From Candidatus Heimdallarchaeota archaeon (lineage in GTDB: Archaea > Asgardarchaeota > Heimdallarchaeia > JABLTI01), in contig JABCTZ010000032.1 of the NCBI GenBank assembly GCA_018238155.1, positions 128,001 to 192,000 of the forward strand: 64,000 nucleotides of DNA, written 5' to 3'. The translations under genes and the position numbers were made by a program. Of this stretch, positions 17,799-27,543 are shown one piece after another. Below the pieces are notes generated by a model, which was given only the letters and a program-made list of their open reading frames with translations, was not told the origin of the DNA and did no database searches. Numbering within the stretch: position 1 is the stretch's first letter; each line of letters opens with the position of its first letter.

Positions 17799-19001
17799 TT
17801 AATAGAGCTCGTATGATCTATTCAAGAATCCTTTCCAAATAGTTGGCATTTTATTTAACTGCTCTTGAACAATTTCTTCAATTCTTCGTTTAGTTTTGCT
17901 ATCAGAATCATTACCTACGATAGCAAGCTCTATAATTTGTGGTTCGGTAATTTTCTTACCAATTTTACTTACAAGATAACAGTCCACACTTTCAACACCT
18001 AATTCATGGACAACCTGTTCAGAAATGTTTCTTGCTGCAATATTATATGTTTTACCAACATGACTTACGGGATTTTTACCTGCAGCTGCTTCCAAGGTCA
18101 TAGGTCGATAAGGAGTTATTAATCCATTTGTTCTATTACCACGACCAACTTGACCATCATCTCCTTGCTCTGCTGAGGTACCTGTAACAGTCAAGTATAA
18201 ACAGTCTTCTTTATCAGCAACATCTGCTACATTAACATCAACGGAAAGATCGCCGCCCCAAACCTTTGAAGAGAGATCACGAATTAACTCCTTGACATCT
18301 TCTTTTGTTTGCCAATAGTGATCAGTATCTACAAGCTCTGTACAAATCATTGCACAAGCAATTGTTAAGTCAATTTTCTTACCGTTTCTAACGCCCATTA
18401 CTTTGATATCTTGACCAATTGCCGGGAATTTTTTCTTGGTTTCAGGATCATTAAGCATCAATTCTGATTTGTAAGTCAATTCTTCAACTTTAGTAAAAGG
18501 TGCAAATCCAATTCCAATGGAAGTATCATTAGCTCGAGGTATTTCAGAATCCTCATCAAAATTACCAACTAAATCTGTACTTCCTGATCTAATCTTATAA
18601 TCAATAATTATATCATGCTCAATGTTAAGATGAGGTAAATCTTTTTTGAGCCAATTCTTTGTTGTTTCAATAACCAATTTACCAATTGGTAGGTATTTAT
18701 TGTTAATTCTTGTATTAACACCTACAGCTCTACCAACGAGAAGAAGATAAATTGGTTCTAGAACTGCTCCATGACCAATTCTTGCTTCAGATTGTCCACC
18801 ACATAATATTGCTTTGTCAACATTGTGGTGTTGTATACCACCTAAATTTTCGACATACCATTTGCTTAAAGCAATGCTTAATTCTTCAGATGCTTTATCG
18901 CACAAAAAATCAGGATGTCCTTTTCCTTTTCGTTCAACTATCTCAACAGGTAATTTTGAAGGGATAACATCGCGATTGTAACTAATAACTAAATTCTTCA
19001 T
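17799..19001 (-). CDS. mat: S-adenosylmethionine synthetase, archaeal type
   Basis: VEIVERKGKGHPD, HHNVDK, ANDTS, GRGNR.NGLITP.RPM..EAAAGKNP..HVGK. Confidence 0.97.
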   Translation of the reverse strand: MKNLVISYNRDVIPSKLPVEIVERKGKGHPDFLCDKASEELSIALSKWYVENLGGIQHHNVDKAILCGGQSEARIGHGAVLEPIYLLLVGRAVGVNTRINNKYLPIGKLVIETTKNWLKKDLPHLNIEHDIIIDYKIRSGSTDLVGNFDEDSEIPRANDTSIGIGFAPFTKVEELTYKSELMLNDPETKKKFPAIGQDIKVMGVRNGKKIDLTIACAMICTELVDTDHYWQTKEDVKELIRDLSSKVWGGDLSVDVNVADVADKEDCLYLTVTGTSAEQGDDGQVGRGNRTNGLITPYRPMTLEAAAGKNPVSHVGKTYNIAARNISEQVVHELGVESVDCYLVSKIGKKITEPQIIELAIVGNDSDSKTKRRIEEIVQEQLNKMPTIWKGFLNRSYELY

Positions 19002-19166
19002 TATAAAATCAGCTTCCTTCTTAGGGATTCCTTGTAGGAAAAATTGGTATTTAAAGTCTTTTCATCATTAAGCAGTAATAAATGAAATTTTGTAGTATCT
19101 TTTTCATCAATTGCTATTTTTCCAATATATTTTTATTTTATGATTTCATAAATGTGTTAAATTCAA

Positions 19167-19961
19167 ATGAATAAGGGATTCGAGTTGACGAGAAACGAAA
19201 CAATCTATGCCTTTTGTCCAAAATGTAATGCTAATCTCGTTATAATGGATGGAATTTATGTCATCACTTGTAATGATTGTAATATAAATCTAGAATATGA
19301 TCTTGAAATGAGGAGATTGGAAATTCTTGGAAAGAAAGTTGAATTTGTATCTGGGAAGGTAATCAAAAGTACAAACATAAATTCAACATTAAGCTCACCA
19401 AGAAGATATTTTCCTTATCTTTTACTTGGAATAGTTACACTTGGAGTTGGATTAATTTTCTATATGATGATAAATTTACGTGATTTAGAAAGTCATGAGG
19501 CACATAGCGAGGAAGAAAAAGGCGCAGAGCCCCTTTTACAATCAGGAGAAGCTTTTCTAAACTTCCATCAAATCTTGCAGAATAGAGTTTTTTACAGTGT
19601 CCGGTATATGGCAATATTATGTGTTATAACAATTAGTTATGATTTAATCTCTGCTGCTGAAAGTAAATATTCCAGTCTTTATTTTCATCTGAAAGGACAA
19701 AGTAAAGAAACAGCTCCGGTTAAATCTCCTCATGCAATGATCTTTATATTTGCATTTATTCTGTATGTTATTTCAATTGCAGTAGTTTTGCCTTCTGCAA
19801 TAACAAGTCTAGTTTACTCTTTACCATCCGTTAGTTTAGTATTCTATATAATGGCTGGTGTTGCTGGAGCTTCATTTCTTGTTATCCTTATTTGTGGTGC
19901 AGTTTGGCAGAAAGCGTTTAATGAACATATAAAAGCAATGAGGAAATTAGGATTTCAATAA
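19167..19961 (+). CDS. Zinc-ribbon membrane protein (DUF4234-like)
   Basis: CPKC...CNDC, LLLGIVTLG, about 4 TM, WQKAFNEH. Confidence 0.6.
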   Translation: MNKGFELTRNETIYAFCPKCNANLVIMDGIYVITCNDCNINLEYDLEMRRLEILGKKVEFVSGKVIKSTNINSTLSSPRRYFPYLLLGIVTLGVGLIFYMMINLRDLESHEAHSEEEKGAEPLLQSGEAFLNFHQILQNRVFYSVRYMAILCVITISYDLISAAESKYSSLYFHLKGQSKETAPVKSPHAMIFIFAFILYVISIAVVLPSAITSLVYSLPSVSLVFYIMAGVAGASFLVILICGAVWQKAFNEHIKAMRKLGFQ

Positions 19962-19969
19962 ATCAATAA

Positions 19970-21079
19970 TTATTTTTTGTTAGATTTATTTTTCTTGTTT
20001 TTCCAAGTTTCTTTCATTTCAGAGAACATTTCCTTTTCACGTGCAGAAAGTTTGGTTGGAGTAACAACTCGAATAATGATATGCATATCTCCTTTACCAA
20101 AACCTTGGAGGTTTGGAAATCCTTTGCCCTTGAGACGATAAATTGCACCATTCTGAGTGCCTGCCTTTATACTAATTTTTGCTTTCTTACTTTTAATTAA
20201 TGTAGGGACAAAAATTGTCTCCCCTAAAGCTGCTTGTGCAATGTTAATCTTCTTTTCGAGTATTAGCTCGTTTTCCTCTCTCTGGAAGTATTTGTGTTCT
20301 TTTAGGGTAATATTTACAATTAAGTCTCCAGGAGGAGCTCCTTGAGGACCTGGTTCACCTTCACCTGAAACTCGTAATGCAAAACCACCATCAATACCTG
20401 CAGGAACTGAAACTTTGATTTTCCTAGAACGTTTTACCATTCCAGATCCTTTACATTGGCTACAAGGAGTATCAATAATCTGTCCAGCACCTCGACATTG
20501 CCTGCAAGATGTTTCATTAACCATCATTCCGAAAGGTGTTCTCTGTTGAACCCTCTCTCTTCCAGATCCACCACAAGTACCGCATTTTCTAGGAGTTGTA
20601 CCCACAGAAGCACCGGAACCTTTGCAAAGATAACATGTAACATTCTTTTTTAATTCAATCTCTTTTTCTATTCCTGCTGCTGCTTCTTCAAAGGTAATTG
20701 GTAAGCTAATTCTAAGATTTCGACCTCTTACGGCTCTGCGTGTTCTACTTGAACGTCCGCCACCAAAGAAATCATTAAAGAGACTTCCAAAAATATCACC
20801 AACCCCTGCGCCTGCAAATGGATCACCACCAGTTCCTCCAGCAGTATGACCTAAACCACCCCACCCTAATCGATCATAAGCTGCTCTTTGGTTGGGGTCA
20901 CTTAAAACGGAATAGGATTCGGACACTTCTTTAAAGCGTTTTTCTGCACCTTCATCACCAGGATTTGCATCGGGGTGATTTTTTCGAGCAAGTTTTCTGT
21001 AGGCCTTTTTTATTTCATCTTGATTTGCGTTTCTTTGAACGCCTAAAACTTCATATGGATCTCTTTTGGAACTGCTCAT
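19970..21079 (-). CDS. dnaJ: Chaperone DnaJ (type I)
   Basis: J-domain HPD, G/F region, four CxxCxGxG repeats. Confidence 0.97.
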   Translation of the reverse strand: MSSSKRDPYEVLGVQRNANQDEIKKAYRKLARKNHPDANPGDEGAEKRFKEVSESYSVLSDPNQRAAYDRLGWGGLGHTAGGTGGDPFAGAGVGDIFGSLFNDFFGGGRSSRTRRAVRGRNLRISLPITFEEAAAGIEKEIELKKNVTCYLCKGSGASVGTTPRKCGTCGGSGRERVQQRTPFGMMVNETSCRQCRGAGQIIDTPCSQCKGSGMVKRSRKIKVSVPAGIDGGFALRVSGEGEPGPQGAPPGDLIVNITLKEHKYFQREENELILEKKINIAQAALGETIFVPTLIKSKKAKISIKAGTQNGAIYRLKGKGFPNLQGFGKGDMHIIIRVVTPTKLSAREKEMFSEMKETWKNKKNKSNKK

Positions 21080-21356
21080 TTATTAATCACCATGATTATC
21101 TGATTTTCTTTCCTATTCTTCTTACTCTTGAATAATAATTAATTTTCAATCCAGATTTTTTCACTATTTAATCATAGTGATTTTTCTTACATTTATACCT
21201 ATTTTAATTCCAAATTTATTGAATTAAAATGACTATGTTCTATTTTTAATTATTTTGAAACAATACTTTTTGATTTTTTTTAAAAAACTATCCAGAAAAA
21301 TTAATGATGGATGGTATACAAATCTATAAATAACTATTGGTGTAGTGGAAAGCAGA

Positions 21357-21377
21357 TTTCAGAAATAATTTCTGAAA
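21357..21377. promoter_or_regulatory. 21-bp palindrome in the leuC-like leader
   Basis: tttcagaaat-a-atttctgaaa, downstream of TATA-like ctataaat (about 21324). Confidence 0.45.
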
Positions 21378-21402
21378 GAAATCTCGGAGAAGTCGAAAGA
21401 CA

Positions 21403-22659
21403 ATGGGTCAAACAGTAATAGAAAAAATTTTTTCCGCTCATTCTAAAGATGAGGTAGAACCAGGCAATATCATTTGGTTAGACCTCGATGTTCGGAGTGC
21501 CCGTGATTTTGCAGGAGCAAATGTTGTAGGTAATCTACGTAAAAATTACCCTGAAAAATCAAAGTTTGAGAATAAAGGGAAGACGGTCTTCACTTTTGAT
21601 TGTGTAATCCCAGCCAATAATCTTGGATACGCAGAGAATCAACAAACCATTAGAGTTTTTGCAGAAGAAGAGGATATAAAACTCTATGATTCTGAATGGG
21701 GTATTGGCTCTCATGTTCTAATTGAGGATGGATATAGTTTACCTGGAACAACAACTGTAGGCACAGATAGCCATTTGAATATTATGGGTTGTATAGGTGC
21801 TTTTGGTCAAGGAATGGGCGATCAAGATATTGCTTTTGGAATGAAAGCAGGGAAAACTTGGTTCGAAGTTCCACCAACAATGAAGGTTATTATTGAAGGC
21901 GAATTAAAAGCTCCTTGTTCTGCAAAAGATATTACTTTAGCAGTGATTCGTAAATTGACTTCCAAAGGCGCTTTAGGGAAAGCAATTGAATTTGAAGGCA
22001 AAGCTATTGATAATCTCTCTTTACCAGGTAGAATAACTCTCTCATCAATGGTTACTGAAATGGGTGGCATTGTTGGATTTATTCCACCAAGTGATGAAAT
22101 CCTAAAGTACTGTAAAGAACGCGCAAAGACAGATTTTACACCACAATATGCTGATGAGGATGCTAAATATGTTGAAGAGGTTGTTGTGGATATTTCAGAT
22201 TTACGTCCTTTAATTGCCAAACCATTTAAACCTGATAATGTAGTTGAGGTTGAATCTCTAGAAAAAGACAACATTCATGTTGATTCCGGATTCATTGGTT
22301 CTTGCACAAATGGTCGCTATGCTGATATGAAAGTAGCAGTAGATATGCTTAGAGGTAAAGAAGTAGCTCCAAAAACTGTGCTAAAAATTGTTCCGGCAAC
22401 ACGACGAGTGCTTGGTGATATGATTGCCAATAATGATATAAAAGTTCTATTTGATTCTCGAACTGTAGTAAGCAATCCTGGTTGTGCAGGATGTGCATCT
22501 GGTCAAATTGGTATGACTGGTAAAGGTGAGATTCAAGTATCAACTGGAAACCGTAACTTTAAAGGAAAACAAGGTTCGGGAATGACCTATCTCTGTAGTC
22601 CAGAAACTGTGACTGCTTCATCAATTGCTGGAAAAATAATCAGCCCAGATAATCTTTAG
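21403..22659 (+). CDS. leuC: 3-isopropylmalate dehydratase/homoaconitase large subunit
   Basis: GTDSH, FIGSCTNGR, PGCAGC, STGNRNFKG. Confidence 0.9.
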   Translation: MGQTVIEKIFSAHSKDEVEPGNIIWLDLDVRSARDFAGANVVGNLRKNYPEKSKFENKGKTVFTFDCVIPANNLGYAENQQTIRVFAEEEDIKLYDSEWGIGSHVLIEDGYSLPGTTTVGTDSHLNIMGCIGAFGQGMGDQDIAFGMKAGKTWFEVPPTMKVIIEGELKAPCSAKDITLAVIRKLTSKGALGKAIEFEGKAIDNLSLPGRITLSSMVTEMGGIVGFIPPSDEILKYCKERAKTDFTPQYADEDAKYVEEVVVDISDLRPLIAKPFKPDNVVEVESLEKDNIHVDSGFIGSCTNGRYADMKVAVDMLRGKEVAPKTVLKIVPATRRVLGDMIANNDIKVLFDSRTVVSNPGCAGCASGQIGMTGKGEIQVSTGNRNFKGKQGSGMTYLCSPETVTASSIAGKIISPDNL

Positions 22660-22671
22660 GAGGAAAAATAA

Positions 22672-23202
22672 ATGGTAAAACCAATTATACTCAAAGGAAG
22701 GGCAGTAGTAATACGCGAAACTAGCGGAGAACCTATCGATGATGTTGATACGGATATGATTTTTCACAACAAGTATCTTCATATCATTGATATAAACGAA
22801 ATGGGTCAATATGCACTTGACAACCTTGATGGGTGGAAGGATTTTGCAAAAACAACTAAAAAAGGTGATATAGTATTCTTTGGAGCCAATTTTGGTTCTG
22901 GTTCTTCCCGCCAACAAGCAGTTGATTGCTTTACAGCACTTGGTGTTCAAGCTCTAGTTGCGAAATCTTATGGTGCAATCTATAAGAGAAATGCTATCAA
23001 TGCCGGTTTGCCCATACTTCAATCTGATATTATTGATGACAAATCAATAATTGAAACTGGTGATGAAGTTGAAGTAAATCTAGAAACTGGGATGATAAAA
23101 AATCTTACAAAGAAGAAAGAGCATTCCAATAAAGGTATGTCTAAAGTACAAATGGATATCTACAAAGCAGGCGATCTCTTTGCGTATGCAAAGAATCTAT
23201 AA
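22672..23202 (+). CDS. leuD: 3-isopropylmalate dehydratase/homoaconitase small subunit
   Basis: DDVDTDMI, NFGSGSSRQ, IYKRNAINAGL. Confidence 0.9.
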   Translation: MVKPIILKGRAVVIRETSGEPIDDVDTDMIFHNKYLHIIDINEMGQYALDNLDGWKDFAKTTKKGDIVFFGANFGSGSSRQQAVDCFTALGVQALVAKSYGAIYKRNAINAGLPILQSDIIDDKSIIETGDEVEVNLETGMIKNLTKKKEHSNKGMSKVQMDIYKAGDLFAYAKNL

Positions 23203-23296
23203 CCTGTTTTTTTTTTCCTCTTTCATTTTACTTATAACTAATTAGCACAATCATTATAGTAATGAATTACTATTTGTTTCTAAAGGTGTTTAGTGA

Positions 23297-23626
23297 ATGT
23301 CCGAATTAGATAAGAAGTTACAAATAATTGAAGATAGAATGAAAGAGCAACTTTCTTCATCAAAAGACGCAAAATTGATACGAACTTTGATGGAAACACT
23401 CATAGATATTCGCGAAGCATTTGAGGAGTTTAATCGCTTCTTCAAGATTGACATTAACTTAGAGGAATTAGAGAATTTTAAACCACGAGAAGTTCAACAT
23501 TCTGGTGAGTGGGCAGATTCACTAATTAAGATTTGTGAAGTATTAATTGATCTATACGATAAAATCGACAAAGTTGATCTTGCTAAAAAATGGCAGAAAC
23601 GACTCGAGGAACTTAAAAATATCTAA
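23297..23626 (+). CDS. Small helical hypothetical protein
   Basis: ORF preceded by AGGTG. Confidence 0.65.
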   Translation: MSELDKKLQIIEDRMKEQLSSSKDAKLIRTLMETLIDIREAFEEFNRFFKIDINLEELENFKPREVQHSGEWADSLIKICEVLIDLYDKIDKVDLAKKWQKRLEELKNI

Positions 23627-23648
23627 TAGTGAAAAGTTTTTTTACCTT

Positions 23649-24128
23649 TCACTCTTCTTTCTGTTCTTCTAGTGAGTCGTCAATTTCTTTATCACTAAAG
23701 ATAACTTCTTGCTGTGTTTCTTCCTCTTCTTTTTTTGAAAGGGGTTGTTTTTCGTTTACGTCTTCTACAGGAGTTCTCATCCATCCAAAATAAATACCTA
23801 AACCAAGGAAAAGCAAATCACAAACTAACATTAATGTAAGCACAAGTGAATATTCAAGAACAACTTTATTGGCAAGTGGGTCTGGTCTATCAAAAGGGAA
23901 AATACCGATAAAACCACTAATAACAATATATGCCAATAAACCCGCAAATAGGAACATGAATGCGAATCCCCATTTATTGATGTTGATTGCCAGATCGATT
24001 TCTTCTTTTGATTTTTTTACACGGGATGATACATTGGTAATTGTTGCTTGCTCTTTATTGTCTTCTTGGTCTGGTTTACCTGTTTCTCGAATGATTATTT
24101 CCTCCTTAGATATTTTGATAACTATCAC
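23649..24128 (-). CDS. 2-TM hypothetical protein
   Basis: Two hydrophobic helices and an acidic tail. Confidence 0.65.
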   Translation of the reverse strand: MIVIKISKEEIIIRETGKPDQEDNKEQATITNVSSRVKKSKEEIDLAININKWGFAFMFLFAGLLAYIVISGFIGIFPFDRPDPLANKVVLEYSLVLTLMLVCDLLFLGLGIYFGWMRTPVEDVNEKQPLSKKEEEETQQEVIFSDKEIDDSLEEQKEE

Positions 24129-24206
24129 TTGTAACTTTATGATTTAAAATTTAGCTTTATTTAACTATATTTTTAACTTCAAAGTTAGAATAAGCTTAAG
24201 GAAAAA

Positions 24207-24917
24207 TTGTTATTTGAGGTTAAAATAATGTTACATAATTTTGTTTTTCGAAATAAAATAGTTCGAGTTCTCGAGGATAGATTTACTAATTGGGAACAGA
24301 AAGGCTTAATGATTTCATCTTTAATCGAGAAAGAAAGCAATGGATTAGCAATTTTTGTACGTTTAGTAGAAAAACACAGAAAAGTAAAAATAAGAAAGGG
24401 AGCTGCATCTGTTGCTGCTTATATGAAATATAAACAAGTAGCACCACAATTTGTCGAAAGGATTTTTTTGGAGAAGGACTGGAGTGTTAGATTTGCTCTC
24501 TCAGCTACAGTTGCTCGTTTAATTGGTGGTGATGCAATTAAACAATTACAGAACAAGTATAATGAGGTTCTATTGCAATTGACTGATAGTAATAAGAAAT
24601 ATTATTTGACTGTACATTTTGCCGAGGGTTTAAGTTCCATGGGTTTAGAAGAAGCTATTCCTATTTTAATTGGGATGCTTAACCAAGCAATTAACCATCA
24701 ACGGAAACAATCGAATACTCTCATTGTACAGATTCTCTATGGTTTAGGAGAAATTGGCAATGAAGAGGTTATTGATGTTTTACTTGAAAAAAGAAATGCG
24801 AATGCTTTCTTTGCAGAGAATGTTAAAAATAGTGCTCATCATGCATTGGATAAACTTGCCAAGAAATATGGGGCAAGCTCAATTGCACGATATATAGAAA
24901 AAAAGAAGAAAAATTAG
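24207..24917 (+). CDS. HEAT-repeat-like protein
   Basis: DWSVRFAL, EEAIPILI, YGLGEIGNEEVIDVL. Confidence 0.7.
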   Translation: MLFEVKIMLHNFVFRNKIVRVLEDRFTNWEQKGLMISSLIEKESNGLAIFVRLVEKHRKVKIRKGAASVAAYMKYKQVAPQFVERIFLEKDWSVRFALSATVARLIGGDAIKQLQNKYNEVLLQLTDSNKKYYLTVHFAEGLSSMGLEEAIPILIGMLNQAINHQRKQSNTLIVQILYGLGEIGNEEVIDVLLEKRNANAFFAENVKNSAHHALDKLAKKYGASSIARYIEKKKKN

Positions 24918-25032
24918 TATAAGGTTTTGTTCACGTGCATCCAAACTTATTAAAGGAGCTAGAATACAATTTCGTCTTGTATCTCAATACCATCTCATCT
25001 ATTCCTAAATATCACTAAGAAGAGGGTAATTT

Positions 25033-26427
25033 TTGTTTACCAATAGAGTAATTCTCCAAGCACATCTAAAGATGCACATATCTAACATCTTATTCTTTGC
25101 GTTAAATGTATTTCATATTATTTTAGCTTCAACATCAAATATTGTTACCCAAACTGATACTTTTCTAAAATTCAGAATACTATTTTTTAATGATTTTAAC
25201 ACTACAAGATTTCTTTTAGCTTTAGGAATTGTAATATCTCAAATCATTTTATCATATATAGTTTTGTTTAGAAAATTCCGAAAAACAGAGCTGGTATTAA
25301 TAACAGAAAATGGTTTAACTGGAGAAAATAATGATAAAATTCTCCATGATTTGCGAATTAATTCCAAACAAATTTATCAGTGGGTACATTCGCTTGCAAG
25401 TGAACAAGGTATTAAATCTATCAAAAGAATTTATCTTACTGACACAAGTATACCTAATGCACTAACTCTTGATGTCTTGCCACTACCTTTTATCAGGAGA
25501 TCTTGGATTGTTTTAGATGCAAATGTTCTAGAAATACTTGAAAAACGAGAGATAAAAGCTGTTATTTCGCATGAATTAGGTCACGTAAAAAGATTTGATG
25601 GCATTGTGAATCTATTTAGATTTGGAGTTAATTTTCTTGTGTTATTAGCATATGCTTTTTTCATCATATCAATAGTATATCATATAATTGCTGTTCAACC
25701 TATCGTAGCATTAGATATTGCCTTGAAAATTGTTTATTTACTAGTTGTTTTATTCATTATTTATATTTTAACAATAATTAACAATCTTTTAATCAATTTA
25801 TCAAGAAGACAATCTGAATTAATTGCAGACCATTATGCTGCTAGAACTACAGGACGAAATCACATAATAAATGCTTTAGTTTTAATAGGGCAAAGAATGG
25901 ATACAATTTCTGCTTTTGGGACTGAATTTAAGTGGTTAGGCAGCCTAGAAGGAAAAGAAAATCTAACAAGAGAATTTATTCAAGGGTTGAAAACTCTTCC
26001 AACAAAGGAAATATCCAAGAAAATTTCACGAGAAAAAGCAGTATCAATTTACGTTAGTCAACGATTGAAAAATATCCGTGATGATTTATTCGTACCTCTA
26101 AGTGATGAACAAATCAATACATTAACAGAGGTTTCAAGTAAGAAGCTCTTGAAAGTTAGGGAAGACTCTGTAGAAAATGGATTTGCTCTACATAGACAGC
26201 TAAAAACTGATATACATAAACTAACAATTAATTGGTTATTAATAGACAAAGATAAAGATTTGTACTTAAATGATGAAGAAATTGATAGTTTAATTAAGAT
26301 TATTAAGAGTAATCCTGAAAAGGAATTATTTGAGGAAGAAATACAAAAGAAAAGAACAATAATTGGTTATGATCATCCTTCTATAAAACAACGAATACTC
26401 TTTTTATACGAATCATTAAAAAAATAG
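25033..26427 (+). CDS. M48/HtpX-family membrane zinc protease with large insertion
   Basis: PNA, AVISHELGH, SRRQSELIADHYA, HPSIKQRI. Confidence 0.88.
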   Translation: MFTNRVILQAHLKMHISNILFFALNVFHIILASTSNIVTQTDTFLKFRILFFNDFNTTRFLLALGIVISQIILSYIVLFRKFRKTELVLITENGLTGENNDKILHDLRINSKQIYQWVHSLASEQGIKSIKRIYLTDTSIPNALTLDVLPLPFIRRSWIVLDANVLEILEKREIKAVISHELGHVKRFDGIVNLFRFGVNFLVLLAYAFFIISIVYHIIAVQPIVALDIALKIVYLLVVLFIIYILTIINNLLINLSRRQSELIADHYAARTTGRNHIINALVLIGQRMDTISAFGTEFKWLGSLEGKENLTREFIQGLKTLPTKEISKKISREKAVSIYVSQRLKNIRDDLFVPLSDEQINTLTEVSSKKLLKVREDSVENGFALHRQLKTDIHKLTINWLLIDKDKDLYLNDEEIDSLIKIIKSNPEKELFEEEIQKKRTIIGYDHPSIKQRILFLYESLKK

Positions 26428-26544
26428 CTCCCACTTAGAAAATACTTTTTGAATACTTTCAGTTTACTCTTCAGAAAACCTTCCTAAATAAGAAAAGCTT
26501 ATTCTATTCTGAATTGTGCTTATGTTAATTGTTCCATTGGGTGA

Positions 26545-26823
26545 TTGATAATGGTGACCAAAGATTATACTCAGAAAAACACTAATCGTGATGTTTCTGT
26601 AGATGATCATTTAGAAACAAATGATTTTTGCAATGAGTGTTTATACAGTTGGTGTTCCAAAAGAGATAAGGTTTCATATTGTACAATGAAATCAAAAGGA
26701 TTATTTGAGTGCAGAAGTTGCATGATAAAATTAATGAGTGCTTATGAAAAAGAGATTCTAATTAGTGCTGAAATTAAAATCGCTAAAAAAGAGAAAATAT
26801 CTTCAATAATATACTCTTTTTAA
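26545..26823 (+). CDS. Small Cys-rich putative metal-binding protein
   Basis: CNEC-x4-C...C...CRSC. Confidence 0.5.
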   Translation: MIMVTKDYTQKNTNRDVSVDDHLETNDFCNECLYSWCSKRDKVSYCTMKSKGLFECRSCMIKLMSAYEKEILISAEIKIAKKEKISSIIYSF

Positions 26824-26921
26824 TAGGATTTCACTAATTTAGTCACAAGTCATATTATTTCGAGAAAATTTTCTATCGTTCTGCACAATTCCAAAGGGTT
26901 TTATTTAGGATAAGACACCTA

Positions 26922-27371
26922 TTGCTAAACAACTTAGCGGAATTAAACTTGATAATCAATTTACATTTCTACTACTGGCATGAGGTAATGGGTCCATTAT
27001 CTTTCTACTCTTATGGTGATTTTGAGATTACTCAAGAAGATATTTTCATGCTCTTAAGTTCAGTGGAACCTTATACTGTATCAAGTGAATCAACAATTTC
27101 CGGACCATATTTTATTGATGATAAGATCATTATGGTCTATAACAGAAGTATAAATTATCCTGAAGCAAATGATGAACGATTGCGAATTATGGGTACTGAT
27201 TGTTGGGTCATGCTTTCCTGTGAAATTGAGAATGAATTAGTTCTTTTGAGTAAAGTAGAAATTGTTAAAATGATTTTAGATATTGAGTTTGGTACCATAG
27301 AAGAAATTAGTCAACTAACCACTGAAATGGCTGAACAATCTGCGAAAGCAATTCTAAACATCTATAGTTAA
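26922..27371 (+). CDS. Longin/uDENN-like domain protein
   Basis: N-terminal 'FYYWHEVMGP' strand-turn, 'NDERLR.MG' loop, C-terminal helices. Confidence 0.5.
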   Translation: MLNNLAELNLIINLHFYYWHEVMGPLSFYSYGDFEITQEDIFMLLSSVEPYTVSSESTISGPYFIDDKIIMVYNRSINYPEANDERLRIMGTDCWVMLSCEIENELVLLSKVEIVKMILDIEFGTIEEISQLTTEMAEQSAKAILNIYS

Positions 27372-27543
27372 TCTTTTTTTAACATTCAAAGCTATCGGAA
27401 TGATTATTATAATATTAATCTTCTATTAATACGAGAAAACGCCCTAATCTAATGGTCACTTTTGTCCAAAGAAGTCAAAAATGGTGCCCAGAGATAGATA
27501 GGGTTGAATAGTTTATATTAATACAATAACTGGTGAATGTTAT

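Noticed and set aside
21822-22950. Several antisense ORFs within leuCD (representative of the other short nested ORFs in the track)
   Set aside because: Opposite-strand or alternate-frame shadows of well-supported genes
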